Source of the DNA: a virus
Lineage: Duplodnaviria > Caudoviricetes
Length of the DNA stretch: 64,000 nt
Reading direction: 5' to 3' (one strand)
IMG/VR virus record: IMGVR_UViG_643348564_000006
Coordinates: 941-64,940 of that record
Shown here piece after piece: positions 10,701 to 19,202 of this stretch. Made by a program: the position numbers and the translations under genes. The stretch's first letter is position 1. The number at the start of each line of letters is the position of its first letter. The notes below the pieces were generated by a model. It worked only from the letters and a program-made list of their open reading frames with translations, did not search any database and had not been told where the DNA came from.

Positions 10701-13700
10701 TTGAGCACCACGGAGGGGCCGGTGTAGCCCGCGAGGCTCGGGAGCCCGTTGACGATGCCGAGGGCGGACAGACCGGAGGCGAGCTTCGACTGGCCAACGG
10801 CGTTGTCGGCGATCTGACTCGCGGCGATCTGGCCGATGAGCTTCGCGGTGCTGATGCCGGCGATCTGGCTATCCGACAGTGTGCCGGCGATCTGGGCCGC
10901 GTTCAGGCTCGCGATCTGGGCGGCCGTGATCTGGCCAGAGATTTGGCCGGCACCGATGCTCGCGATCTGGCTCGCAACCACCTGCCCGACGAGCTTCGCG
11001 GCCGAAACCTGGGCGATCTGGGCGTCCGTGAGGGTGCCGGTGATCTTCGAGGCGGCCAGAGCCGCGATCTTGGCATCCGTGATGGCGCCGGCCGCGATCT
11101 GGGCCTCGCCCAGTTGCCCGGTGATGTCGCCCGCAGCAACGCCGGCGGTCCAGGCCCCGGAGACCAGCCGGTAGACCTTGCCGTCCGCGCCGTTGAGCAC
11201 CACGGACGGGCCCGTGTAGCCGGCCGGGTCCGGCAGGCTGGACACGATCCCGACCGCCGAGAGGCCCAAGGCGAGCTTGGCCTGGGTGACGGCGTTGTCG
11301 GCGAGCTGCGCGGCCGTGAGCTGGCCTTGGATCGCGACCGCATTGATGCTCGCGATCTGATCCGCCGTGAGCTGGCCGGCGACCTTCGTGGCCGCAAGGC
11401 TGACGATCTGGTCGGAGGTGAGTTGCCCGCTGATCTGGGCCGCCGTGATGCTGGCGATCTGCGAGGCGACGATCTGGCCGACAACCTGGGCGGCATTGAT
11501 GCTGGCGATCTGCGAGGCGGTGAGCTGGCCGGCGACCTTCGCTGCCTCAATGGACTGGATCTGGGCGCTGGTGAGGGCGCCCGTGATGTCGACCGCCTGC
11601 ACCGCGGTCGTCCACTGCCCACCCACGAGCCGGTAGAGCTTGCCGTCCGTCGCGTTGTAAGCGAGCGCGGGGCCCGTCCAGGTTGCGGGATCCGGCAGGC
11701 TGGTGACCGCGGTCGGCGCCACGACCGAGGCGGCGAGCTTGGTCTGGTCGATGACACCGTTCTGCAGTGCCGCCGCCGGGAGGGCCGCCGTGGTCGCCGT
11801 CTTCGGGCCGACGAAGTCGCCGGCCGTGCCCGAGCTGTTGACCGGCCGGACCCAGTATTTGCGGGTCTGCACGATCTCCAGGGTGGTGTCGCTGAAGAAG
11901 TTGAGCGGCGCTGGGACTGTCGCGAACAGGCTGGCGTCCGCCCCGTCGTCGCGCGTCCCGACCCACACCTCGATCGCGGCAAGGTCCGGGTCGCTCGGGT
12001 TGACCCACGACAGGCTTGCCGTCCGGTAGGCGGCGTCCACGGTGAAGCTCGTGATCGCGCCGGGCTTCGCGGTGTTCTTGGCCGCGGTGATGGTAGCGAT
12101 CGGGGACCAGCCCGAGACCGCCACCCCGCTGTCGTTCACGGTGCGGACGCGGGCCGTGTAGAGAACGCCCGGCTTGAGGTTGCGCCAGGTGAAGGTCGGC
12201 TGGCCCTTGTCGGCGCGGTCACGGATCCAGGACGAGTTCGTGACGCCGTCGCCCTCCGTCAGCTCGAATTCGTAGATCCCGAGGTTGCTGCTGCCGACCG
12301 GGTTCCAGGTCGCGGTGATCGCGGCCGTCGCCACGCCAGTCGCCGAGACTTCCAGATCCGTCGTCAGGTTGAGCCCGGTCGGGATGTCGGGCGCCTGGAC
12401 GTCGATGATCTTGTTGGTGGTGCGGATCTCGACCTGCGGCGAGATGTTCAGCTCGGCCGGGTTCTTGCCGAAGCTGTCGTAGAAGGCGACCCGCACGTAA
12501 TAGGTCGTCTCGGCCTCGGCCGGCAGCAGCAGGAAGCCGGTCGGGGCGACATCGGCCGCAGGGGACGTGGCGAGCGGGTCGAAGTTGCTCGTCTTGGACA
12601 GCCAGACCAGCACGCCGGCGAGATCGGAGTCCGCCGGCGGGGTCATCCAGACGCCGATGCTCTCCGTCGTCCAGTCCAGCGTCGGGACGACCATGGCGGG
12701 CGCCGGATTGGACACGACGAGCACCGCCGGCTGGCTCTCGCGGCCGATCGCGTCGCGCGCCGCCACCGAGACCCGGAAGCGCCGCCGCGGGCCGCCCTCG
12801 TTGAGGTTCTCCTCGTAGTCGTAGGTCGCCTGCGCGGCGGTGATGATCTCGGTGTGGAGGAGCGCATTCGTGTCCGCGTCGAACACCCGGAAGGCGTAAC
12901 CGACCTCGTAAGGCCTCACGTCCGGCGGCCAGGTCAGGCCCCACTCCAGGGTGCAGCTCCGCCCCGTGAAGACGCTGCCGCCGCCCTTGACCTGCAGGCC
13001 GGTGACGGTGGGCCCGGCAAGCCCTTCCCAGCCCTGGACCGTGTAGGTGATCTGGGCGGCGTCCGACAGGCGCCCGTTCAACCCCTCGGCCTGGACGATG
13101 AAGGTCCACTCGCCCGTGGCCGCGTCGTCAAAGTCCGCCGAGGTGGTGCTGCGCTTCGGTAGGGTCACCAGCGAGCCGTTCGGCTTAATGGCCGTGACGT
13201 AGTAGGCGACCGAGTTGAAGGGCTGGCCAGCCGTCCAGCTGAGGAGCAGGCTCTGCCGCGGCAGGTTGTTCTCAAAGTAGGTGCTTTCCCTCACCGTGAG
13301 GTTCGTCGGGGCGAGAACGACGTTCGGGAACTCGCTGATGTTCAGCGGCTCGAAGGCCGCGCCATCGTCCACCGCCGCATAGATCGAGGGCTCGTGCTGG
13401 AGCGCCTGGATCCCGCAGATGTGCGGCTCGACCTCCTTGATGCCGACGATCCGGAACAGCTGCGGCACCACCTCGCCGGCGATCTGCCACACCGCCGCGG
13501 CGTCCGGCACGGAAGGCAGGGCGGGCGAGATGCTGACCTCGGTGAGGTCGACGCCGGCCAGCGTCGTGATCTGCCGCTCTGCCACGCTGCCGTCCGGCAG
13601 GGTGACGGAGATCTCGTAGGGCACCCCGCTCTTCAGGGTGACCGGCCGATCGAGGAGGAGGGTCGAGGCCGTCGAGCCGGCCTTGAGGCGCCCGCCGGCG

Positions 13701-15280
13701 TCGATGTTGCTGATCTGCGGGTCGGCGATGGCGATGATGTCGCCGGGGCGCCGCACGGCATGGTCGAGGCCCGCCCGGTAGGTGGCGGTCTGCGTCGCAT
13801 AGTTCTCGACCAGGAGGCGCCACAGGCCCTCGCGATGCGCCTGCCCACGCGAGGTGCAGCCGAGCAGGTCGATCTTGGTCGGGTTGTAGCCGTAGCGGGC
13901 AATGCCCTCGCCGTGCTCAACGACCTCGATCTGCGGCTTGAACAGATTGTCCGGGTCGGTCCAGCTGACCAGCGCCACCGTGTGGCGGGCCTTGCGCCCC
14001 GAGGAGCTGTAGGTGATCAGCCCCTCGATGACGTTGGCTGGCGTGACCAGCTGGCGGACGTCGTCGGGCCGGTCCTGGGTGGCCGTGACCGCGCCCGAGG
14101 ACCAGTAGGCCATGCCGCGCCAGATCGCGCTGATCTGCTGGAGCAGGTCGAAGGCGTCCTGCTGAGTGCTGATCTGGGCGTTGAAGCGGAAGCGCGGCTC
14201 CTGGCCGCCCTTGCCGTCCGAGACCAGCACGTCGCAGTAGCGGCCGATCTCGTACAGGGTCCACTTGTCGATGCTCTCGACGCTGATGAACTCGCCGAGC
14301 CCATAGCGGTCGTTCCACAGCACGTCGTAGAAGACCCAGGCCGGATTGTCCGACCACTCCTCCTTGAAGGTGCCATCCCAGATGCCGGAGTAGGTGCGCG
14401 CGACCGGATCGTAGTTCGACGGCACCTTGATGAGCAGGCCGTCCACCAGATAGGTCCGGGCCGGCACCGAGGAGCCGAACTGGCTCGCGTCCGCGGTCAG
14501 GCCGACCAGGGCCGAATGCGGATAGCTGAACTTGGCGTCCTGGATCGCGGTGAGCGAGTAGAAGACGAGATCGCTCTGGCTCGTCCACTTGTCCTGGCTG
14601 GTGTTGAAGCCGTCGGTGTCGTCGGTCAGGCGCGTGACCCGCACCTGCCAGGGCGGGCTCGACCCGGCCGGATTGCGCGGCAGGGCGACCTCGTAGGACA
14701 CGAAGTAAGGCGAGGTGTTCTTGCCGGTGATGGTGAGGTCGCCAAGCTGGTTCACCCATGGCCCGCCGCTGTAGCGGGCCTCGATCCGGAAGCTGACGCT
14801 GTTCTGGCGGACCGAGCCGTCGTTCTTGGCCAGGAACAGGGCCGGCAGCTCGATGATGACGCGGGCCCGGTCCGCCTCGCCGTCGCTGATCGCGGCGGTG
14901 ACCGGCGTCGCCTTGCTGACCTTGACCCCGACCTCCCGCGGCGTCTCCACCTCGGGATAGCCGGGCATGTAGGACTGATCCGGCGTGCCGGTGCGGAAGT
15001 CGGCGCTCAGGCCCTTGAAGTTGAAGGTGCCGTCCGCGTTCTGGACCGGGACGTCGTTGAAGTAGATGCCCTTCAGGCCGCCGACGACGCCCGTGATCTC
15101 GCCCTCGCCGAGCAGGTCCACGAGACGGACCGTCGCGTTCGAGAACAGGGTGTCGGGTGCGCTCGAGCCCGAGCCGCCGGTCTTGCCGCGGCCGGAAGAG
15201 GACTTCCTCCCCCGGATGGGAGCGTCCTGGCGCATGCTGTCCTCCGGCGCGGCGGCCGGATCGAAATCGATGCGGTCCAT
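4715..15280 (-). CDS. Giant tail-tip/host-specificity protein (lambda J-like) with FN3-like domains, repeat shafts and several carbohydrate-binding-like modules
   Basis: N-terminal J-like motifs (DLLGEGEI, GIWDGTF, WSDNPAW, GCTSRGQAHR); 3521 aa; repeated GTITADxIA and GQLTAAQIA units; follows L/K/I genes. Confidence 0.93.
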   Translation of the reverse strand: MDRIDFDPAAAPEDSMRQDAPIRGRKSSSGRGKTGGSGSSAPDTLFSNATVRLVDLLGEGEITGVVGGLKGIYFNDVPVQNADGTFNFKGLSADFRTGTPDQSYMPGYPEVETPREVGVKVSKATPVTAAISDGEADRARVIIELPALFLAKNDGSVRQNSVSFRIEARYSGGPWVNQLGDLTITGKNTSPYFVSYEVALPRNPAGSSPPWQVRVTRLTDDTDGFNTSQDKWTSQSDLVFYSLTAIQDAKFSYPHSALVGLTADASQFGSSVPARTYLVDGLLIKVPSNYDPVARTYSGIWDGTFKEEWSDNPAWVFYDVLWNDRYGLGEFISVESIDKWTLYEIGRYCDVLVSDGKGGQEPRFRFNAQISTQQDAFDLLQQISAIWRGMAYWSSGAVTATQDRPDDVRQLVTPANVIEGLITYSSSGRKARHTVALVSWTDPDNLFKPQIEVVEHGEGIARYGYNPTKIDLLGCTSRGQAHREGLWRLLVENYATQTATYRAGLDHAVRRPGDIIAIADPQISNIDAGGRLKAGSTASTLLLDRPVTLKSGVPYEISVTLPDGSVAERQITTLAGVDLTEVSISPALPSVPDAAAVWQIAGEVVPQLFRIVGIKEVEPHICGIQALQHEPSIYAAVDDGAAFEPLNISEFPNVVLAPTNLTVRESTYFENNLPRQSLLLSWTAGQPFNSVAYYVTAIKPNGSLVTLPKRSTTSADFDDAATGEWTFIVQAEGLNGRLSDAAQITYTVQGWEGLAGPTVTGLQVKGGGSVFTGRSCTLEWGLTWPPDVRPYEVGYAFRVFDADTNALLHTEIITAAQATYDYEENLNEGGPRRRFRVSVAARDAIGRESQPAVLVVSNPAPAMVVPTLDWTTESIGVWMTPPADSDLAGVLVWLSKTSNFDPLATSPAADVAPTGFLLLPAEAETTYYVRVAFYDSFGKNPAELNISPQVEIRTTNKIIDVQAPDIPTGLNLTTDLEVSATGVATAAITATWNPVGSSNLGIYEFELTEGDGVTNSSWIRDRADKGQPTFTWRNLKPGVLYTARVRTVNDSGVAVSGWSPIATITAAKNTAKPGAITSFTVDAAYRTASLSWVNPSDPDLAAIEVWVGTRDDGADASLFATVPAPLNFFSDTTLEIVQTRKYWVRPVNSSGTAGDFVGPKTATTAALPAAALQNGVIDQTKLAASVVAPTAVTSLPDPATWTGPALAYNATDGKLYRLVGGQWTTAVQAVDITGALTSAQIQSIEAAKVAGQLTASQIASINAAQVVGQIVASQIASITAAQISGQLTSDQIVSLAATKVAGQLTADQIASINAVAIQGQLTAAQLADNAVTQAKLALGLSAVGIVSSLPDPAGYTGPSVVLNGADGKVYRLVSGAWTAGVAAGDITGQLGEAQIAAGAITDAKIAALAASKITGTLTDAQIAQVSAAKLVGQVVASQIASIGAGQISGQITAAQIASLNAAQIAGTLSDSQIAGISTAKLIGQIAASQIADNAVGQSKLASGLSALGIVNGLPSLAGYTGPSVVLNSDGKIYRAVGGAWTAGVGASDVTGQLTDAQLAAISATKVSGTLSDDQLAGISAAKLIGQVVAAQVASVNAAVLQGQVTDAQIAGISTAKLAGQITQTQITDGAISTPKLATGAVNADKIEACSILASKLAVASLNLAANGGLQQGTSGWWGAAGGTGITPLVEGIRTDWAPQGMRVFSVRYDDANKPTSGISEIIYANPDATGAQQRIPVTPNARYEFSAYVSAHRCTAYVSIIWWDATGTYITEHGGNNIVATQLGSGSSLADWDRLARSWVIATAPANAASADIRVRWYNFGSNPYCMAGGLFFAQAVEGQTEPSPYSDAGVTTIEGGNVRTSSIYGDRLVARTITAGQIAVGAITATEIAGSTITGDKIAGATITGGLIAGRTISAGHIVAATLTTNEIAARTITATNLAAGTITAYEIAGSAITGDRIAGGTITGGNISGATITGFNISGRTIGAGHIVTGSLTANEIAVNSLTGDRIAGSTITGDRIAGNTITGANISAGTLTARELAAGSVTASKLVLTDPSNMLKNGDFTNPIDGSANSEGWSLGGGDTLIDTSVATDPGGMHRLRSNARDCAYSDPIAVRPGDVINLSARVFNANGERASLMAVLTDAAGGNGQWPTAAYTDLKNQWVDLSGQITIPEGIQRMQVLLLCDKPYAYGSYVYWGKVQARKAANAQMIVDGAITAAKIAAKSITAGQIATGTITATEIAGSTITGDKIAGSTITGTNIAGGTITGSLIAGGTIQAGNLAAGSVTTSKLAVASLNLAPNADCTNVDSSGFVAGWSVGGGNSGAVIVNDGTDTNHAPAGMRAFRCRTNGENIAQGTIAEVHIDRQKTDGNAERISVRAGEYYEISAYLATIRCQAIVGLIWLDNNQSYIGETWGNWTTLDWQGSFYNSVEEWDQYARSKLIVVAPAGAVYAQPRVRFGNTWINGQGWHYVMVSGLMFAKAIEGQTEVSPYSPPGLTTIDGGTIRTGSLHANRIIAGSITADRIAGGTITAGQIAGGTITGDKIAGRTISAGNLVSGTITANEIAGRTITADRIAGGTITAYEIASRTITASQIATGTLTANELAAGSVTTSKLAVSSANFAFNADMAQGLAGWTAGGQTWGGTPDIFVETGWVPSGFKGFAGYGTGWTGAGGQWFDTWHQRIDTSNNLQAFPCYPNTPYEFSAYVTCHRCDAQMHVLWLDSAGNAIRYDGSNVIGQFAKVGGALTDYPRMAILATSPSNAYGFKVLYRGQNITAAGPLIFVVGAMYAAARAGQAECSPYVDPGVTTITGTNITTGSIYGDRLVARTITAGQIAVGAITATEIAANTITADQIAGSTIIGWNIQARTLGAGHIAAGAITAYEIAANTITANQIAGQTIIGWNIAGNTISADKLVANSITAGQISAGAIGVDQLAAGAITADKIGVGLNSTNLLYNSDFRAGTPGVNNWGGGTVPGIYGTWSNLGDLGNRAPYIGLNQSGPGWQPNGMGSLQVSCAGTPPAGYVWDTYASTPKQDGTWSQRFPVVAGKRYEVSGYVSAHRCKAHLIIVWMDANDAYCGEAWTNTVENAMSNGNLSAWARMGCFATAPSNAATAAIYLRTTFNGGDGPYTFWSGLYFGQAKPNQAEYSDWAPGSSTVIWGDTIATGTMNANKITAGTITADRIAANAITGYQIAGTTISGWHIQSNSIYADKIQVGGGQSLTSWMGSDTTKINGGAIEANSIRVNALTVALRGVRTVGIDFSVDKNTRTVSWTGGHVLWIDDAGNNVASWCPGGSGNAGATLCYIWWDKRRPNQLNFAANNWPDIFADKNTVLMCSYDGYAGLNPTYGGTIIDGSRINTGTITANQIAANAIQASHIAAGQITAEKIGAGQVTADKIGAGMITAGVIQIGGNNFVLEAPNNTGLGRMYCRDSNGTLRVAVGYINDLSGGGWGLAMWDDASNLILNGTGVNGGGLWVNSVSANKLSVTQLSAITANVGTMTAGLLQSGDGQMQVDLNNKRIIIWG

Positions 15281-15287
15281 GATGTCC

Positions 15288-15857
15288 TTACGCGGTCGGC
15301 AGGCCGTTGCTGTTGGCCGTGGTCACGCCAGCAGAGATCGTGATCGGGTTCACCATGGCGCGCCCGTAGATGAGAGGAACGGGAATGCCTTGCTCCGAGA
15401 CGTTATCGGCGCCCTGGAACATGTAGGACTTCTTCTGTTTCTCGGTTTTCTTTTTGGGCGACAGCAGAGAGGACACGCCCTGGAGCGCGAGGGAGATGCC
15501 GAGGCCGAGCAGAAACTGTCCCCCGGGGATCCAGAAGGAGGCCACGGCGATCAGCGTGCCGACGATGATCTTGCCGACCGACATGCCGGATTTGCGGGCG
15601 CGGATCACCGGCACGATGTGCAGGTCGCCTTCCGGCAGCCCGAAGGTGATCAGATCCTTGTCGAGGTGGAGCGCCCTCTTCGAGCGGCGGCTCTTGCCGC
15701 ACACGACCCGGAACCGGCCGTCCTCGATCGCCTGGCGGAAGCCCGGGAGCTGCGCACCGAGCGCGCGGCAGGCCTCCGCCAGCGAGCGCACATCAAGCCG
15801 GAAGGAAGCGCCGAAGCGTTCCGCCAGCGAGCCGTAGAGGCGGACGGTCCGCATCAT
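15288..15857 (-). CDS. Tail assembly protein I (lambda gpI-like)
   Basis: MMRTVRLYGSLAERFG..LHIVPVI..GIPVPLIYG; ATGA overlap with upstream gene. Confidence 0.88.
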   Translation of the reverse strand: MMRTVRLYGSLAERFGASFRLDVRSLAEACRALGAQLPGFRQAIEDGRFRVVCGKSRRSKRALHLDKDLITFGLPEGDLHIVPVIRARKSGMSVGKIIVGTLIAVASFWIPGGQFLLGLGISLALQGVSSLLSPKKKTEKQKKSYMFQGADNVSEQGIPVPLIYGRAMVNPITISAGVTTANSNGLPTA

Positions 15858-16672
15858 GCCGGAGGCCTCCAGTCGTCGGGCAGATCCGTGTGGCGCACCA
15901 GGAAGTCGAGCTTGCTCCGCCAGACCGCTGCCGGATCGCGGCCGGAGAGCTGGTGCGCGAGGTGGTGCAGGATGAGGCCGCCCCCGATGTAGATGCCGCC
16001 GTGGTTCAGCACGGGGGAGCGGACCCGGCACAGGAAGCAGTCGCCGGGCAGCGGGCCCTCGGGGCCGCGCTCGACACGCCGGAAGCCCGCCCGCTCGAAG
16101 CCGTCGCGATAGAGATCGAGTTGGGGCTGCCCTTCCCGCGGTTGCCACCAGTCCGGGTCGCGCACGAAGTCGGGGATCTCGATGCCGGCCACCTCGCGGT
16201 GCCAGTCGCGGCCGAGCGAATAGCAGTCGTTGACCCCGTGCCGGAACGGGCGGCCGAGCAGTGGCGGGCGAGGCACTTGATCGCCGAACCAGAACGGGTC
16301 GGCGCAGCCGGTCGAGAGGCACAGCGAGATGCCCCAGGGCACCGCCATGGCCATCTGGCTCTCCATGTCGGCGCCCGACGGGCAGTCCGGCGGCGGGGTG
16401 ACCTTGCCGGTCGCCGGATCCTCGACCGAGCAGTGCGAGTGCAGGACCGCGAGGTAGCGGTGCCCGCTCACCGCCTCCACCTCGGCCGGGTCGGTCTCGA
16501 ACTCCGTCAGCGGGTCGCCGGCGATGTTGCGCAGCGGGGCGTAGGAGCCGTCCTCGCGGATCAGGCCGCCGGCCTCGCGCGGCCATTCCGCATGGGCGTG
16601 GCGCTTGTGCGCGTCCACCGCGGCGCTCCAGCGGGTGTTGAGGCCGTCGTCAAACGCGAACGCGAGCGACAC
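15854..16672 (-). CDS. Tail assembly protein K (JAB/MPN + NlpC/P60)
   Basis: E..HSH..PS..D JAB motif; F.HGVNDCY..H NlpC/P60 motif. Confidence 0.9.
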   Translation of the reverse strand: MSLAFAFDDGLNTRWSAAVDAHKRHAHAEWPREAGGLIREDGSYAPLRNIAGDPLTEFETDPAEVEAVSGHRYLAVLHSHCSVEDPATGKVTPPPDCPSGADMESQMAMAVPWGISLCLSTGCADPFWFGDQVPRPPLLGRPFRHGVNDCYSLGRDWHREVAGIEIPDFVRDPDWWQPREGQPQLDLYRDGFERAGFRRVERGPEGPLPGDCFLCRVRSPVLNHGGIYIGGGLILHHLAHQLSGRDPAAVWRSKLDFLVRHTDLPDDWRPPA

Positions 16673-17381
16673 CGGGAAAGCCTCCGAAGGGCAGTGGCGC
16701 GTCGGCGCCGAAGCGGACCTTGCAGCAGGTGGTGACGTGCCGGCTGGGCTCGTCCTTGTCGGGTGTGGTGGGATTGCCGAACCGGTCGTAGGCCTGGGCG
16801 CCCGTGTAGGGGCACGTCACGTGGGAATAGTCCCAGGCCCCCTTCTCAGCGTCCCAGCGCCGGTACCGCCACAGGCAAATGTCGCGGACGATCAGCCGGG
16901 CGGGCAGATCGCGGCCCTCCTGGTCCATGTCGGCCGCGAGATTCCAGACGATCTGGTGCTTCGAGTGCTCGACCTTCTGCTCGAAGCGGTAGATGTCCTG
17001 CGCGTAGGCCGCCTCGGGATCGGGCGTCACACCGTCGTCCAGGAACTGCGCGTAGGTGCGCGTCCGGATCAGCCGGGCGCCGATCAGGTCCTGGTAGAGC
17101 AGCGTCGCCGATGACATCAGCCGGGTGGCGTTCGAGACGCTGATCTTGGGCTGGGGCATCTGCCCGTGGCCGGTCATCTCGAAGCCTTCGGCCTTCACGT
17201 CGAGCGGGGTGTAGGTCACGCCCCGGAACGTCAGCGGGCCGCGCGCCCGGTCCGCCTCGGAGGTGAACGCGAACTGCTGGTTCACCCGGATCGGCGACAG
17301 GTCGATGATGAACAGCGCAACGAGATCGCCCGGCGTGAGGCTCTGGCCCGCGCGGATGAGTGCGGTATTCGGAGAAGTCAT
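16650..17381 (-). CDS. Minor tail protein L (lambda gpL-like, Cys-ligated)
   Basis: GFEMTG..PQPKISVSN, C.WRYR..C.YTG..CC..RFG...FGGFPG motifs. Confidence 0.9.
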   Translation of the reverse strand: MTSPNTALIRAGQSLTPGDLVALFIIDLSPIRVNQQFAFTSEADRARGPLTFRGVTYTPLDVKAEGFEMTGHGQMPQPKISVSNATRLMSSATLLYQDLIGARLIRTRTYAQFLDDGVTPDPEAAYAQDIYRFEQKVEHSKHQIVWNLAADMDQEGRDLPARLIVRDICLWRYRRWDAEKGAWDYSHVTCPYTGAQAYDRFGNPTTPDKDEPSRHVTTCCKVRFGADAPLPFGGFPGVARVRV

Positions 17382-17743
17382 GGATCGAAGTTCTCCTTGA
17401 ACGTCGCCGTCAGCGTGCTGTGCAGCGGGTTCGCGTAGTCCGTGGTCCAAGTGTCGCAGATGAACTGCCGCGCGGCGTCCTCGTAGGGGACGAGGAACAT
17501 AAAGGGCAGGTAACCCTTCCGGCTGATCAAGAAGTCTTCAAGCTGCCTGATCTTGTCGGACCGGAGCGGGATGGACCGATAGTTGAAGTCGCGCGTCAGC
17601 GGATTGATGCCGTCACCGGTCCGCTGCGAGTATCGATCCCCGAAGGTCGCGGTGAGCACCGCGACCTTCGCCGGCTTGGACGAGCCGGTGGTGACCGGCC
17701 CGTAGGGTTGGATCCCGAGCGTCGGGAAAGGCGGGTAGGCCAC
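17378..17743 (-). CDS. Minor tail protein M (distal tail)
   Basis: FGD.YSQRTGDGINP..FL..RKG..PF motif; between TMP region and L. Confidence 0.85.
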   Translation of the reverse strand: MAYPPFPTLGIQPYGPVTTGSSKPAKVAVLTATFGDRYSQRTGDGINPLTRDFNYRSIPLRSDKIRQLEDFLISRKGYLPFMFLVPYEDAARQFICDTWTTDYANPLHSTLTATFKENFDP

Positions 17744-17753
17744 CGGCGGCCCC

Positions 17754-18158
17754 TTACGCGGCCGGCGTCGGGCTGGGGTACGTCATCGGCGCCGTCACCG
17801 TCTGCGGCGGGACGCTCACGAGGAGCACCGTGTAGGGCTCCATCGGGTGCAGCGCCTCGGCGCCGTACTGCCTCTCCAGCGCATCGAACAGCGCCGCGTC
17901 GGCGGCGTAGTAGCCGGGCGTCGCGGCGGCCGTCGGGGCGGCGAACACGTTCTGCCCGACGAAGCGCTGGCAGAGGTTGAAGAAGCGGCCGACCTCGGTG
18001 GAGACGATCACGCCCTGGGCGGAGGTGCCGTCCTTGCCCTGGATCTGGACGGGGCCGCGCATCGTGAAGGCGTCGAAGCCGCGCTGGAACACCGCCACGG
18101 GCGTACCGCGGGCGATCGCGTTTGCATTGAGGTCGAGCGTCAAGGTCTGATCTGCCAT
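17754..18158 (-). CDS. Hypothetical protein
   Basis: 134-aa ORF with GGAG upstream and normal codon pattern. Confidence 0.6.
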   Translation of the reverse strand: MADQTLTLDLNANAIARGTPVAVFQRGFDAFTMRGPVQIQGKDGTSAQGVIVSTEVGRFFNLCQRFVGQNVFAAPTAAATPGYYAADAALFDALERQYGAEALHPMEPYTVLLVSVPPQTVTAPMTYPSPTPAA

Positions 18159-18184
18159 CGATCTGCTCCTGGCCTGTCAGGCTC

Positions 18185-18511
18185 TCAGTGCTGCCCCAGC
18201 GGGGTCATGAAGCGGCGGGCACTGTCGCTCAGCTGCTCGACGCGCTCGGGCGCGAGGGTGACGCTGCGCAGGGCGCCCTTCTCGACCTGGACCGGGCTGT
18301 TGGTGAGCTGGATCCAGAACATCAGGGCGATCTCGATCACGTCGCCCGTGTTGATGCCGGCGCCCGGCTTGAAGACGCAGGGCGGGTTGTTCTCGACCGT
18401 GGGCATCGGCACGTCGCCGGAGGCCTGCGCGGTCGCCTGGGGCGCTGACGGGGGCGCGGGCGGAGGGATCTGTGCGTCTTCGGCCTTGCGGTCGATCGGG
18501 GGCTTCTTCAC
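18185..18511 (-). CDS. Hypothetical protein
   Basis: 108-aa ORF with GGAG upstream. Confidence 0.55.
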   Translation of the reverse strand: MKKPPIDRKAEDAQIPPPAPPSAPQATAQASGDVPMPTVENNPPCVFKPGAGINTGDVIEIALMFWIQLTNSPVQVEKGALRSVTLAPERVEQLSDSARRFMTPLGQH

Positions 18512-18569
18512 GGGCTGCTCCTAGGGTGTGCTGCCGGCCCATTCCCGGGGCCGCGACGGGACGGGGCCG

Positions 18570-18911
18570 TCAGGCGCCGAAGCTGAGGGCACCGATCAGG
18601 CGGTCCTGACCGGTGCAGAAGGGATCGATGGGCGTCTCGACGCGCAGCTTGCTGATGCTGATCGAGCCGGCCGGGATCTCGGCGGCGCCGATGTGCTCGG
18701 CGCGAATTCTGTCGGCGGTGATCGAGCCGCAGCCGATCCGGGGGCCGTCGATGACGGTGTCAGAGTGACCGGGCGCCCACCCGGTGACCGTCAGGTTCTG
18801 GATGGAGCTGTGCAGCACGGTCTCGTGGACGGCCTGCTTGGCGGTGGCCAGGGCGACGGGGGCGGCCACGGGCGCGAGCCCGAGCATCGCCAGCAGCGAG
18901 CGACGATTCAT
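18570..18911 (-). CDS. Small Tat-signal-like protein containing a tail-tip-type repeat
   Basis: MNRRSLLAMLGLAPVAAPVALA N-terminus; VIDGPRIGCGSITADRIRAEHIGAAEIPAGSISISKL resembles tail-tip repeats. Confidence 0.55.
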   Translation of the reverse strand: MNRRSLLAMLGLAPVAAPVALATAKQAVHETVLHSSIQNLTVTGWAPGHSDTVIDGPRIGCGSITADRIRAEHIGAAEIPAGSISISKLRVETPIDPFCTGQDRLIGALSFGA

Positions 18912-19202
18912 GAGGTGGTCCTGTGTGAGTGGATGCAAGATTAGGCCGGGGAGCTTGCGTCGCTCACCCGGCCCTTTCACCATCGGCGGGGCCACCCAAC
19001 CTGATGGAGAGCCCAGTGTCTGAGGAAAAGAAGCCGGAAGTCCCGAGACCAACGCCGGTCACACGCTGGCCACCGGAGGTCTAGAAGGCGCTCTTCGAAC
19101 TGGTTGCCTTCGCGCACAATCAGGGGACGCAATGTCTTTTGTTCAACTAACTCACGACGGGCAGCCGCTCGGCTCCTTCGAGGTTGCGATCACGCGAACC
19201 GA

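Noticed and set aside
5080-11600. Repeats in the tail-tip gene as a CRISPR array, DGR template/variable pair or invertible cassette
   Set aside because: Repeats are degenerate at third codon positions (protein-level); no spacers, reverse transcriptase, adenine-specific mismatches, invertase or flanking inverted sites seen
4826-15343. Very long plus-strand ORFs (577, 1083, 1066, 649 aa) opposite the tail-tip gene
   Set aside because: Shadow ORFs from high GC and repetitive codon use on the antisense strand; no motifs; Arg/Gly/Asp-biased
19016-19150. Short plus-strand ORF MSEEKKPEV..PPEV*KALFELVAF.. with an internal TAG
   Set aside because: Only 44 codons; a nonsense remnant is likelier than readthrough; other genes use TAG as a normal stop
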